DNA of 64,000 bases, from NCBI RefSeq assembly GCF_038025025.1, contig NW_027117338.1, positions 2,356,001 through 2,420,000 of the forward strand, given 5' to 3'. A program made the position numbers and the translations under genes. The stretch comes from Phyllosticta citribraziliensis. Lineage: Eukaryota. The notes under the pieces were generated by a model that worked only from the letters and a program-made list of their open reading frames with translations, was not told where the DNA came from and ran no database searches. Below, piece after piece: positions 37,053 through 49,410 of this stretch (the first letter of the stretch is position 1; every line of letters begins with the position of its first letter).

Positions 37053-39574
37053 TTCAGTGAAGGAGTCTTGGCCAGAAACCTTGAAAGGTCAGTATGCTGG
37101 CGTGATCATGAAAGAGCTTGTTATACCATGTGTTTGTTGAAGGATAGGTCGTAAGTCGTAACACTAAGTCAAAGGGAACGCAGAGGGCTCATGAACAGCG
37201 ATAGAAGAGGCACAGAATTGATAAAGACAGACGCAACAGTGGGTGCCCGCTCAGTCGACAATATCTTGACCAGAGTATCGACGAACTGAACAAGAAGCCA
37301 GATAGCGATTTGTTGCAAGTTGGATGAGTGTCGTCGGCCTTGTGGAAGCAGCTACTCAATGAAGGGCGAGGGGCTTAAGTGCTATCGTGCGGTTCCCCAG
37401 GTCTCCTGCATCGCCCTGGTGGATTCTCCCGAGGCGCTGGCCACTCTTGTTCCTGCCAGCACACGTTCTTTGCGTAGAACCACTTGAGTAATGGCCACGC
37501 CAATGGAACCATTGGAAATGCGCAGGGCTGGCCTGACCGGTTGTAGTGGGGAACTACAGATCGTTCAGATTTTCAAGGGGGAAGAGCATCGTTTGCACCT
37601 TGTTTTTCGCCCATTTTCTTCATGGGGTTTGATAGAATGGGTCTCAGCGACTCGTCTATCCGAGAAGCCATCGTCTACACAGACTGTTAAGACTGTTTCC
37701 AGTCGCGCTCAACGATTTCCTTCTTTTCTCGCCAGAGAAAGCGGTGCAGGGCAGAAGTTGCGGTGGAGGTGGGGACGGGTGTCTGTGCGAACGCGTTCGG
37801 TCGTCACCGTCCCCCACAAAGGCACGGACGTTTCTGTGTTGTGCACTTGCACGGTTCTTTGGTGTCTTGATCACCAAGTGCTTCCACTTCCGCTGCGTAG
37901 ATCGCATTTGAAGAGGCTGTCTTTGTGGGAGGCTGGCATGTCTGCTGAGCATGCTGTTCAGGAAGTCTCTTAGAGGCCCCTTTTGCGGTGGAAAATGATG
38001 GGGGAAGCAGCGTTTCATGCAGGCCAGACCGCAACTTTGAAGATTACGCGCCGAGTCTCGGACTAGGGAATTCTACCCGCTCTCCCCATCCTCAGGCTTT
38101 CTGCTCTCCATGTCAGGCGCCACGGGTGGCTATCCTGAGACCCTGGATTGGTCTGCTGCAGCCGTCTCAGATAGGACCTGCTGGTCGATATTGGAGCATG
38201 TTCAGCTGAGGATGAGCGTGATGAGCTTGAGGTGCTGTAGGGTTGTTTCTGCTCGGGGCTCGTGCGGCGGGAGTCTCATGTTTGATGCCTACCCTCTGGG
38301 CTTAGCGCCAGTCTCACCCACCTCTTGGAATGCGTGCCGCAGAAAACTTTTCGGGTCTCGTATCCAAAAAGGGGCCCTCAGCTATCGTGGGCTGCAAAAG
38401 TAGTAATCGACTTTCCTCTTCCGATTATTTTGAGCCTCCGAATAAGCGAGTTGCGTCATCTGTCACTGGCGTGATGGCGAGCATAGCACGTCGAAATTCT
38501 AGAAGGCTGGTGGGTAGTTCGATGCAGGGTGAGTTCATGCCTGGTAATGGCGAATGCAAACGCCCGATCCAACAGCCAGCGATGCGGTCAGCGGCGGACG
38601 ACGAGACGAAGTGGAATTGCAAGCCGGGAATTGAAGACAAGTCCCGCATCGTTTGGGAGGGACCGTACGCAAGCCACACGAAGGCTGGAATGCTTCGGCA
38701 ATCGTCTGAGGAATGATGAGATGGAAAATGAGGTCGCGAATCTGGCCGGCGCACGAGGATTTTTACGATCTCAGGAACTCTCGCGTCTCTGAGAGCGGGT
38801 TCCCCTGACGTTTTTGCGGCCCCAGGGTCCGCGGGAGGTTGGAAGTTGGTGACCGTGATGAGGTGCAGAGCGGGCCGCTGGGACCGTGCCTGAGAATGCC
38901 TCAGTCTGGCCTGTGCGAAACCGGTCACACGCACATGCGTTTTGCGAAATCCGAACAGCAGAAACGAAGGCAGAGAAACCGAACACTTGTCTGAGAATAC
39001 GAGCAGGGGAAACATGTCGGGGATTGCGGGCTCCGTTCTTGCAACTTCAACACCTGGGACGCTGGTTCACGGCCCCGGCCGGTGACCCATTTATGGCATG
39101 GACGCCGTTGCAAGACAAGCCACTCAAGACGGCCAGTAAGCGCGCCAACTTGGGAACACGACTGGAGCTAGCGAAGGATGAAAGGGGTTGCCGCCGTTGC
39201 AAAGGTTGATGGTTGTAAATTGCGTGTCGTCGTCGTGGCGCAGGAGGGCCAGCAAACGACTGCCAGCGCAAGTCTACCGAGGATTGTCCGAAGTGGTCGT
39301 TTCGGGCATGACCTCCCTGGCGACACTTCCTTGCATCATGACAGCTCGACACGATGGACGAAACGCTCCATCGTAAAGCGCTTGAATAGACATACTTTGG
39401 GATGATCCCACCCGGAACACCAGGACTATGTACAGGATGTCGAAAGGATACGTATCTGGCTTGAACAGGTTCAGACAAATGTGATGGCTATGATCGAACA
39501 ATATGCCAGCAGCGTGGTATGATCAAAAGCAAAGAGGTCGACGCCGCAACACCAGGGTATCTCGTTCTAACTGA

Positions 39575-40814
39575 TCAGAAAGGCTTCTTGGCGTCTTCTT
39601 CCATGTGATCAACCAGACAGTGGCCTTTTTCGCCAATCTCCTGCTGCAGATACTTGAGAGTCGCCGGATCCTTGGTGAAGAACGAGTCGGACCTCGCGCT
39701 ACAGGCAATATTGGTGGTGGTGACAACCCCTGTCCGTTCGATTCGCCCCGCATCATCGGTGCCATCATTGGCGTTGGTGATCTCGGAAGGAGCTTGAATG
39801 TGATGAAACAATTCGGGATTAGCGCTGTAGCACTTGTAGTCCAAGTCCCGACAGCCCTCGAGGATGCGGACGTCGTATGCCTGGCAGCCGCCCTCAGTCT
39901 CCTTGGGGGCCAGTTCTTCGAGGATTCGGCGCGCAGAAGCGCGGTTCACGGCGTATCCAAAGGTACATAGGGGCCATTTTGACCGGTGAAGCATCCGGTG
40001 GCCCTCGTATACTTCTAGGCTCTCGAGAAGCTCCCTGGTCCTGGTGTGCATGCGGCCGCGAGGTAGCAGGGTGTCGTCGGGAAAGGTGGTGTGAGGCAGC
40101 TTTTCCCAATCTTCGACGGAAAGGAAGTCACCGCAGTGGCCGAGGTAGAGAATCTCCCATTTGGACAAGTCACTCCAGTACGTGTCCCTGGATGACATGA
40201 GCTTTTGGAAGTTTTCGGCCAGCAGCGGGACCTGGACAGTGCGCAGGTGGATGTCCCAATCAACGTCGTCTTCGAGAATGATGACAGTTTCGAGCTTGGA
40301 ATCGAGGAACCTGCAAAATGGATCAGCGTGATGGCAGCGGCGGCGGCGGCGGGGCTAGCGTGAATTACCAGCGCAGGGCGTTCAAGTGGCCCAGCCAAGC
40401 CATGGCGGATCCGCGGGTGATGCGGGAATCCTTTTCGGCCTTGAAATTGTTGATGTCGTCCTCGGACCATTTTGGCTGATGTGGAATGGTGATGTCGATG
40501 CCGGTGAGGTTGCCGGCGAAGAGGAGGTGCTCCTGACGGGGCGAATTGGCACGCGAGATGGCAACGACGGCGCCGAACTGACAGACGGGTTAGTGGACTA
40601 GACTGGAGCAAGAGGAACGGGATGCAATGCATACGCCTAGGGTGGAGTTGGCTGGCTGCAAGCGCGTGTAATTTAGGCCCTTGGAAAAGGATGGCTGCGA
40701 GCCATGGGCCAAGGGCGTCTTGTTCGGGAATGGCGGGGACGAGCGGAACCAGAGAAACAGGGCGACGAGCGAGATGATCAGCAGGGCCGCGGGGCGATGA
40801 AACCGGGCCTCCAT
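39575..40814 (-). CDS. Glycosyltransferase family 25-like, type II membrane protein
   Basis: N-terminal signal anchor; AWLGHLNAL, IILEDDVDWD, WEILYLGHCG, LCTFGYAV; two introns. Confidence 0.85.
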
Positions 40815-41405
40815 GGTGTTTTACGAGCAGTCGGTCGGTCGAAGCGAGCGTGCAAGCGGTGGAGACGGCGACGACGACGACGACAAAAACGCAGACATGG
40901 CCTCCCTATCGCGCGCGGGCTGCAATCGGCTGGCTGTGCCATTTATTCCAAGAGAGGCGGGTTCGGGACAGGGCGGGCAAGACAAGAAGACAAGAAGACA
41001 GATATTTTGACTTTGTCGAGGGCGAGTTGGGGCATGGAGGTCCTGGCAATCTCATTCTCAGCCCTCTCACGTTGTCGTACCTTGTACAGTAGTGTCGTAG
41101 TCAGCCGCCGGTTGCTTCTCCGCGTGCTGCTTGTCGATCCTGCGGTGGTGCACCTGGACCTGGACCTGGCTCTCCGCTTGCTTGGGCTGGGCTGCCTTCC
41201 CTGCTTTTCTCCCCCCCCATGATGATGCATTCACCTGCTGCTCCTTGTCCTCCTCCCGGTCGTCCCTTTGACGCCCCCAGCTGTGCCCTGCTTTTCCCTC
41301 GACCCTCAAAACCCCCAATCCCGGCCCGTTTGGGCTGCGCTGCGCTGCATTCCGCTCCCCATCCCGCCCTTGCATGCATTCTGGGAACTCCTCTTCTGTG
41401 TCACC

Positions 41406-44087
41406 ATGGCTGCTGCAGACCCCCAGCGCCCCCAAGCGCCCTTCAGACTCTCCAGGTACCGTTCTCTCCGCAAACCAATCCTCCCAAAGGACGACACGTC
41501 TGAAGATCCACCGCTGCCACCGATGCCTCCATTGCCCGACCAAACTTCAACAGCCACGGCTACCCTGAGTCGTACCATGTCGCGCTATCACCGCCAGCGT
41601 CCACCTGCTGCTCAGACTGCTCCCCCGCCGCCGCTCCCTACTGCTGTCGCGCGAGCTCCTACCCAACGCTCACAACCACTGCCATCCGCTCGTTCGCGCT
41701 CAGCAAACCTCCCCGCCGGTCCGCAAGCTGCTCCCTCGCGCGACAACGAAAACAACGACCGCCAGCACGCCGAAGCTGCTCGCGAGGAAGCCATGAGGAT
41801 GCTCGAGGGCGGCGGTCCTTCGCCAGCCACCCTCAAGGCCGAAAAGAGGGCCAAGCTCGAGGAGGCCGAACGCTTAAAGGCAAAACAAATCGCCGACGAG
41901 CACGAACGGCGCAAGGCAGAGAGGATCCGCAAATACAACGAAAAGCAAGCCGAGGACCTCCGCGCCCAGGAACTCAGGGCGCGCCAGGACGCCATCCGCG
42001 CCGAAGCTCTGCGGGCTCAGCAAGAAGAGGAGTCGAGGCGAGAGGAAATGGAGCGCGAGCCACGCCCAACACCACGGAACCCGCTTGCGCGTCACTCACA
42101 CTCTCCCCCGAGCCCGAGCCCTGACTCGAGTCAGAAGAGGGAGCGCCTTGGCCTTTTGCGCAAGCGCAGGGACGACTCGCCGCCGCAGCCTGTCGAACCC
42201 CCTTCGGCTCCCAGATCAAGGCAGGTCAGCAGTGAGCGAGCGGATCCAACAATCAAGCCTGGTGGCGGAGGCGTCGTTCCGGGCACAGATGCCCCCGTGT
42301 CTGCTGTTAATTCGGGAGACCGCCGTGTCATGGTCGAATGCAACAGCCAGCGAATCCTATTGCCCGTCACGCCCGAAACCACTTGCTTGGATCTCGTCCG
42401 ATCTGCAGCCAATGTTCTCTCCGAGCCTATTAACCCCCAGGCATCGGTAATGCTTGAATTCTTCACCAAATGCGGCGTCCAAAGGCCGCTCCGCAAATAC
42501 GAACGCGTGCGAGATGTCCTCAACTCTTGGGATGACGACCGGCAGAACAATTTGGTCCTCATTGAATCGCCTACCGGTGGCAGGGACCACGATTTAAGCG
42601 TCGCTTCTGTCCCTGAGTCCAAGCCCACGGGCTATTCCTGCTTCATGCACTACTCGCAAAAGCCGGGGAAATGGTCCAAGAGGTGGATTACCATGCAGAC
42701 CAACGGACAAATCACGTCGGCCAAGAACGATTCCGGAAAGGATACGACCGTCGTCTGCCACATGTCCGACTTTGACATTTATACTCCTACCCCAACTCAG
42801 CAGCGCAACATCAAGCCGCCTAAGAGGTACTGTTTTGCGGTCAAGAGCCAACAGAGGTCCAACATGTTCGAGTCGACTGCAAGCTACGTCCACTTCTTCA
42901 GCACCAGCCACAAGGATCCCGCTGCAGAATTCTTTAGCTCTGTTCAGGGCTGGCGCAGTTGGTACTTGGTTAGGGTCATGGGCGAAGGCCAGAAAAAGCC
43001 CAAAGCGGGGGATCAGCTAGCGCACAACCTGACGTCAACGCGAAAGGTTTCGGGCACCCACGGGCAGAATCAGGAGTCGTCAAAAGCCCTCGCTCGTCCC
43101 AACACTTCCGACTCCGCTCGCTACCAGATTGGCTCCTTCAAGCCCTTTTTCGATCCCAGTTCTTTCGAGCCGAGTTCAACTCCTGAGCTCAACCTTCAAC
43201 CCAAAGTTCCCAGCCCTCCAGATCGCATCATGTCGATGCGCAACCGTTCGCACCCTCCTGTTTCTTACCAGAACAACAGTCGCTTAAACTCGCTGTCTGC
43301 CAACAATACGTCGTCGGACGAGGAAGGGCCATTTTCGTCAGGTGGTCTTCTCGGCCGCACGTACTCGCAGCGGCAACGGGTTGCGGCGCAACGTGATGCA
43401 GCAGCCAGAAACGCCGGACCCTTTGCAGACGGCCCGTCTCTCCTCAACAACCTCTCCAGCTCCGTTCCTGGTCGCTCTTCGATCGATGAAGCAGCCCGGC
43501 CCCAACGCATGGGATCCGTCCGCTCGACGCGCGGGAGCGCCCAGATCGAGGCTCCTCGGCGCACCAACACGACTCGCATGCCCAAGCCCCTCGTGGACCT
43601 TACCCCTCAATACCAGGCGCCGCCCCAGTTCCAGAAAAAGGGCAAAGGCTATAATCCTGGAAGTGTGGGGAATGGCTGCCTCATCGATTCAGCAACGAGC
43701 CCCGAGGTTGCCATTCAGATTCCGCCCTCGAAAGACTGGCGTGCTCGCGCTGGAGGCAGCGGTGCCAGGCCCGCAACATCTGGTGTGGATCGCTCGAAGA
43801 GTATTCGAGCACCTGGTATGAAGCATGGGGGCGCCGTGGGCGCGGTGAACAACCATAACCTCGTGCCTCAGTCTGACGCCGATGCGTTCACTGGCAGTGG
43901 ACTCATTGCAAAGGCCAGCTGGGGACCGACCAACAAGGGTGTGCCACTCGGTCGCGGTGTCATTGACGGTTCCAAGGCCAAAGGACCCCTTCTCGACGTG
44001 AGCGAGTCGAGCCGTTTTGCTCCTGGCAGTCTGCTCGCGGGTGTTGCAGCACAGCATCCGTCGGCACCCGTCATTTCCCGCGAATAA
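41406..44087 (+). CDS. Coiled-coil, ubiquitin-like(RA-like) and PH-like domain protein
   Basis: Single long exon; GGGGVVPGTDAPVSAVNSGDRRV, RPLRKYERVRDVLNSWD, KPGKWSKRWIT...FAVKSQ...W PH-like core. Confidence 0.8.
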   Translation: MAAADPQRPQAPFRLSRYRSLRKPILPKDDTSEDPPLPPMPPLPDQTSTATATLSRTMSRYHRQRPPAAQTAPPPPLPTAVARAPTQRSQPLPSARSRSANLPAGPQAAPSRDNENNDRQHAEAAREEAMRMLEGGGPSPATLKAEKRAKLEEAERLKAKQIADEHERRKAERIRKYNEKQAEDLRAQELRARQDAIRAEALRAQQEEESRREEMEREPRPTPRNPLARHSHSPPSPSPDSSQKRERLGLLRKRRDDSPPQPVEPPSAPRSRQVSSERADPTIKPGGGGVVPGTDAPVSAVNSGDRRVMVECNSQRILLPVTPETTCLDLVRSAANVLSEPINPQASVMLEFFTKCGVQRPLRKYERVRDVLNSWDDDRQNNLVLIESPTGGRDHDLSVASVPESKPTGYSCFMHYSQKPGKWSKRWITMQTNGQITSAKNDSGKDTTVVCHMSDFDIYTPTPTQQRNIKPPKRYCFAVKSQQRSNMFESTASYVHFFSTSHKDPAAEFFSSVQGWRSWYLVRVMGEGQKKPKAGDQLAHNLTSTRKVSGTHGQNQESSKALARPNTSDSARYQIGSFKPFFDPSSFEPSSTPELNLQPKVPSPPDRIMSMRNRSHPPVSYQNNSRLNSLSANNTSSDEEGPFSSGGLLGRTYSQRQRVAAQRDAAARNAGPFADGPSLLNNLSSSVPGRSSIDEAARPQRMGSVRSTRGSAQIEAPRRTNTTRMPKPLVDLTPQYQAPPQFQKKGKGYNPGSVGNGCLIDSATSPEVAIQIPPSKDWRARAGGSGARPATSGVDRSKSIRAPGMKHGGAVGAVNNHNLVPQSDADAFTGSGLIAKASWGPTNKGVPLGRGVIDGSKAKGPLLDVSESSRFAPGSLLAGVAAQHPSAPVISRE

Positions 44088-44985
44088 CGAAGTGATGTGC
44101 AGGCAATTCGCGATTCTTTAACTTCTTTCACCTTGCGTGCCATCTTGTACAAATTCTCGCTCTCGTTCACTGCTCTTTCATCCGTTGGTTTGACACCACA
44201 CGCCGGATTCAGATTCAGACTCCACAGTGCGCGGTCCGCATAGCGTTGTTTGTCGGCATCCTTTCAGCATACTCTCTCCTTTTCAGTCCTTGTCAGATCA
44301 ACCAGCCAAGACGGGTCACAGACAGGTCTCTTACTTCTCTTCCAATACCCCCGAGATTATACATCTCATTCACTTATTCCTAATGTATTTCATGTCGTCT
44401 TTCGACTCTTTTCTTGCTTTTCTTGGCATTACCAATGGTTTACCTGACATGGGAGGCTTTTAAAAGCATGGGCTGTCGCTCAATCCAAAATCGAGCCACG
44501 TGGGTGGAATGGCAAAAATGGCAATTCAGTCCGCTGGGACCGGACATACGACGCTTTCCACGCTTTCGCATTCGGATAGGCAGAAATTCTCAATTATATG
44601 CTGTTCACTGACGACATCCATGGCTCAAAAGCATGATCAAACGGACAAGACGCCGAAAGCTCGCTCCGCTCGACTACGGTACGAGGTTGGGCGACGAGAG
44701 TCATTGTACAGAAAGCTTTGATATGCTTTTCTTGACGAGGCACATGCAGCATTCAATCTTTACTTGGTTAAAAGAAGTGTTCAGAATCATCGAGACCATC
44801 AAGACACTGACGAATGGAGTAGCAACGGGGAATACTCGAGCCGTGATTCGCGGAAACTCACAATTACATTTGTGCGCTGCGGCTCTTGTCGCCAATGCTC
44901 GACACGCTGAGCGACTTGCAAAGGCTTGTTCCTGACTGACACTCGATGCGGGGTTGAGTCATCTCATTGGACAGGCATATCAGCT

Positions 44986-45402
44986 CTTATCTCTGGCACC
45001 AGTTGCTGACAGAGACACAGGACGTCAGCTCGATTAGAGCTCATCCATGACGAGATGAGAATGATCGGGAAGGGGAGACATGTGGAGACACGCAATGGAG
45101 CAACTTGTGGCGTAGAAGATTGTGGGTGAAGAGTGGGACGGGATAAACACCTGAACAAGCCTTGACAAGCCTTGACAAGCAAACTACGAGCGGAAAGATT
45201 CCAGACTGGCCGCCAATCTGAAACACAAAATCAAGCCATGGAAAAAGAGCTCCTTTGCACGCGAGGAACTCTACTCCCGTCGAGCTGTTGGTCTAGTCCA
45301 CAGCGCAGCCCCCAGAATCGATGGCTCATGCGAAGCGAGGCTAGCTCTGTCGAACCACCGGCCAGCGCCCAACCGGTCTGATTGAAGCACCTTATCCTTA
45401 TC
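44986..45402. promoter_or_regulatory. GATA site cluster upstream of NCS1 permease
   Basis: CTTATC 44986, GATAAA 45142, tandem CTTATCCTTATC 45391-45402. Confidence 0.5.
45155..45180. repeat. Short tandem repeat (ACAAGCCTTG) x2.6
   Basis: ACAAGCCTTGACAAGCCTTGACAAGC seen directly. Confidence 0.85.
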
Positions 45403-45601
45403 GCAGCACCAGATTCGGTCGTGGGCTTGCTGCATGATACGACGTGCGGCTGCGGATGTAGACATCCTGATCGACCCTGCCTTTGTGCGCCCTGCACGGC
45501 ATGCACATACATACATAGCTCCGCCTGTCCGCCTCCGTCCGACTCCAAATGGCACGAATGTCCCGAACGACACGACTCCTGCTCAAGTGGACTGGCTCGT
45601 C

Positions 45602-47487
45602 ATGAGGTTGAAAATTAGATTTCAGAAGCCGACGCTGCATGTCGAGCAGTCCGAGTCGGAGTTTGCCAAGGGCAGCTCGAGGTGGTGAGTTTGATGCACC
45701 ATTCGATAGTGCCTTCTGCCCGCTGATATTGATCCATCTCAGGACCAACGTCGACTTGGACCCCGTTCCCCGCCGCGAACGCAAATGGGGCGTCTGGAGC
45801 TTCGTGGCATATTGGATTTCGGACGCGTTCAAGTAAGCTGCGACTTGGGCGGCCCTATTGCCACGGCCGCTAACGATTCTCCAGTGCAGCAAGTTGGGAG
45901 TTTGCATCATCGGTGATAGCAGTCGGACTAGGATGGTGACGCTTCCCCCGTTCATGCGGATCGAGACAAGATGCTGAGACGGCAAACAGGCGAGAAACGC
46001 TCGGCATCGTCGCCCTCGGCTTCTTCATGGTGTCGATAGTCATTGCGTTGAATGGCGCCATTGGATCCATCTACCACGCGCCGTTCCCGGTCCTCGCTCG
46101 CGCCGGCTGGGGCTTCTGGGGATCTTACGTTGCCATTCTCTCGCGCGTCGTGCTGGCCGTGTTTTGGTTTGCGGTGCAGACGATGAACGGCGCCAATTGC
46201 GTGCGTGTCATGTAAGGACATGTATACTCCTGTCCTTTTTGAGTTACCCCTGACCCCTTGTTCTCCAGGATCGGTGCCATATGGCCCTCATTCCTCACGC
46301 TCCACAACGGCATACCCGAATCCGAGGGCATCACAACCGCAACCATGATATCCTTCTTCCTCTTCTGGCTGCTCCAGCTGCCGCTCATGGCCATGCACCC
46401 CAACAAGCTGCGCTACCTCTTCGTGGCCAAATCCATCATCGTGCCGCCCACCTTCATCGCCATCCTGATCTGGTCCTTCGTCGCGACGCGAGGCAAGAAG
46501 GTCGAGCTATGGTCGCAGCCGACGACAGCCCACGGCTCCGCCTACTCGTGGGCCTTCCTGTCGAACCTGACCAGCATCATCGGCAACTACGCGACGCTCT
46601 CGGTCAACCAGGCCGACTTTAGCCGGTACTCGCGCGTCAGCGTGCGCTGGCAGGCCATGTACGTGCCCATGCTGCCGGTCGTCTTCACCTTCATCGCCTT
46701 CATCGGCATCGCGGCGTCGGCGGCGGGGGCGACGCTGTACCCAGACCAAACGGCCGGGTCGTTCCCGTGGGACCCGATGGTGCTGGTGTCGCTGTGGCCG
46801 TCGCGGGCGGCGCGCTTCTTCGCGGGGGCGTCGTTCGCGCTGGCGGCCATCGGCGTCAACGTCAGCGCCAACTCGCTGTCGGCGGCCAACGACCTGGCGG
46901 CGCTGTTCCCGCTGTACGTCGACATCCGGCGCGGGCAGCTCGTCACGGCGCTGCTGGCGTGGCCGCTCGTGCCGTGGAAGATCCTCGCCAGCGCCGCGGC
47001 GTTCCTCAACTTCATGAGCGCCTACGCCGTCTTCCTCGGCCCCGTCGCCGCCGTCATGTGCCTCGACTTCTGGCTCGTCAAGCGCCGCCGCTACGACGTG
47101 CGCGCCCTGTACGACCCCCAGGCCGCCTATCGCTACAACAGCTGGGGCGTCAACTGGCGCGCCGTCGTGGCCTTCGTCGTCGGCGTCGCGCCCAGCTTGC
47201 CCGGCTTCATCAACAGTATCAATAGCGACGTGCACGTCGGCGTTGGCGACCGGCCGTACACTTTTGGCTGGTTGCTCGGCTTCGTCGGCACGGCGACCGT
47301 GTACTGCGTGTTGGAGTGGTTGTGCGGAGACGAGAGGAGCCGCGTCGAGAAGGCGGTGCTGCCGGATGATGTGTACGATGGCGATGTGTTGGTTGAGGGA
47401 GTCAGCGTCAGGGGTAGCGGCAGCGGCAGTGGCAGCGGCAGCGTTGAGGAGCACGTTGTTCGTGGCGACGTCGAGAAGCTGGGTTGA
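45602..47487 (+). CDS. NCS1 (Fur family) nucleobase/allantoin/uracil permease
   Basis: WTNVDLDPVP...W, YWISDAFN, FPVLARAGWGFWG, WFAVQT, NQADFSRY, NVSANSLSAANDL, PWKIL; four introns. Confidence 0.93.
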
Positions 47488-47948
47488 GGTGCAATGTCTG
47501 AACATTTTTTGGCCGGATCAGCTTCAATCTAGACCTCTAGAGCGTTATACCCAGAAAGAAATGAGACGTTCTGGCATTGTGGCTCAAGTAGCGAGTAACT
47601 GTTCACTACTATATTTGCGCCGAGTGAGCAGCCATCTGTTTATACAGTGATGTCTAAGGAGCAGTCTTCCGCCATCACAGATACTCAAGGGCCATACGTT
47701 GCTGCTGGAATGCTTTATTTCGAAATGATAACTTGCTAGACATGACGTCGAAGGGTTGATACGCACCTACGTACACTCGCGACGCCTTCCTAGTCCTTGA
47801 TAATCCCAAGCGCCGTGTCCATGGTATAGAGCAAATAGACCAGCTCGCAGTGTCCTTCCGAGAAAAATCGTCTCCGTCCGTCCTCCCTCCTCGATCGAAC
47901 CGACAGCACAAGGGCCCGTCATGCCTCCATAAAAATATCTCCCCGTCC

Positions 47949-48874
47949 TCACGCATAGATGCTGCCCCTGGGACTCGAAAGGCCCTCGCTCCTCCTGCTC
48001 TTCTCGTACAGCCACCGATTCGTCAGCGACACGGACGGGCTCTTGCCGGTACCCAACGGTGTGGGAGTCCCTGGCACGCTGCTCGTGCTTTCCCTCTCCC
48101 GCCCCAGAGTCTCGTACAAATCGCGTCCGCTTGCCGCCAAAGTTGAAGAGGACGATTGTTGGCTCTCGGTCCACGTCTGCCGTCTGTCACCGGCCACGGC
48201 CTTCTGCCACAGCGGCGATCCGCCGGATGGGCTGTAGTTGTACGGAGACGAGTCACGGACTCCAGAGCCATAGCCCCCGCGCGGGCTGCCAGAGAGGGGC
48301 GAGCCGGATGCTGGGCGCGAGCGAGATCCTGACCGTTGGCGATCGCTACCGCGAGGAGTCGACGAGCGCTGGTAGCGGGGCGGCGTAATGTAGACGCCCG
48401 AATCGGGTGTGCCGGGCGCGGAAGCGACGTTCGGGTCCAGCCCAAGGAGCGCACGCTGTTGGGGCGTGAGCGGAATGTCGGCCAGGTCGTCGGGCTTGCG
48501 GAAGAGTGGTGCCAGCGTGAGGGCTGCGTTGACGAAGAAGGCGAGGCGGATGAGTAGGAGGACGTTTGCTGGACTGCCGGGGAGAGGGCTCAGGAGGCCG
48601 ACGCAGCTTGATTTGGGTCAGATCGATCGCTCGCAGGTTGCGCTTGGGCGGAAGCTTACGCATCGTGGATCACACGCGGAGTGAGTTTTGGGACGATGAA
48701 TGTCCCGAAGAGGACGGCGAGGTTGGCCAGGAGTGCCTTTGCTTCAGTCTCACCGAACTTGTTGGCATTCTTCCGGCGATTGATCTCTTCGAAACGGGGA
48801 TGGCGCCAGGTGCCAGTCGGCGTCGCGGTGCTGGCTTGGCCTGGGGTTGAGCTTGGAGTAATGGGCGTGCTCAT
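47949..48874 (-). CDS. POM34: Nuclear pore membrane component (NPCC / Pom34-like)
   Basis: TPTGTWRHPRFEEINRR; two TM segments; DDLADIPLTPQQRALLGLDP; C-terminal SVSLTNRWLYEK; one intron. Confidence 0.8.
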
Positions 48875-49410
48875 GGCGTTGATTTTTGCTGCGATGGGGT
48901 TGCTACGCGGCGGGCGGGCACAATGTGGGGTGACGAGCTGGAGAGGCTGTATTGTTAGTAGTCAGTGGGTGATGCAAGGTGGCTCTTCAGCACGGCATTG
49001 TCGGGGTGGATGTTGGGCGGGAGCAGAGGGCGGAGCGGAGGTGAGGCAGATGAAAGAAGACGGACGGACGTGTTGATTGTTTTGGCGCACGCAGATCCCT
49101 GTCGCCCATGGCACCGCCCGCGAGTCAAGCCACCCTCCCCTCCACCTCAGACTGGACCATGCCACTCTGATGGCCATCGTCCAGCGTAATCTGCCTACAT
49201 CGGCTCTGCTCTGTCGCCTCTCTTCGTTGTGATTCTTCAAGTCGCCAATTCGCTTTTCCTCTGCGCCTCCAAGCACAAGACCGCCATCTCCACCTAGCGT
49301 CGCTGACCTCACTCCGCATCGCGTCAAAGCTCCAACCTACTTTGCTACATACCTTACGCCTTCGACCTACCTCTCCGCTGAACCGCTGGACCGCTGACCC
49401 CGCTCTCGTC

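Noticed and set aside
37100..39500. ORFs of 60-200 aa upstream of the Vint gene
   Set aside because: No recognisable motifs; more likely a long promoter and UTR region
19983..44087. Mating-type locus (SPO11, orphan genes and a PH-domain gene nearby)
   Set aside because: No alpha-box or HMG-box protein and no APN2, SLA2 or COX13 found
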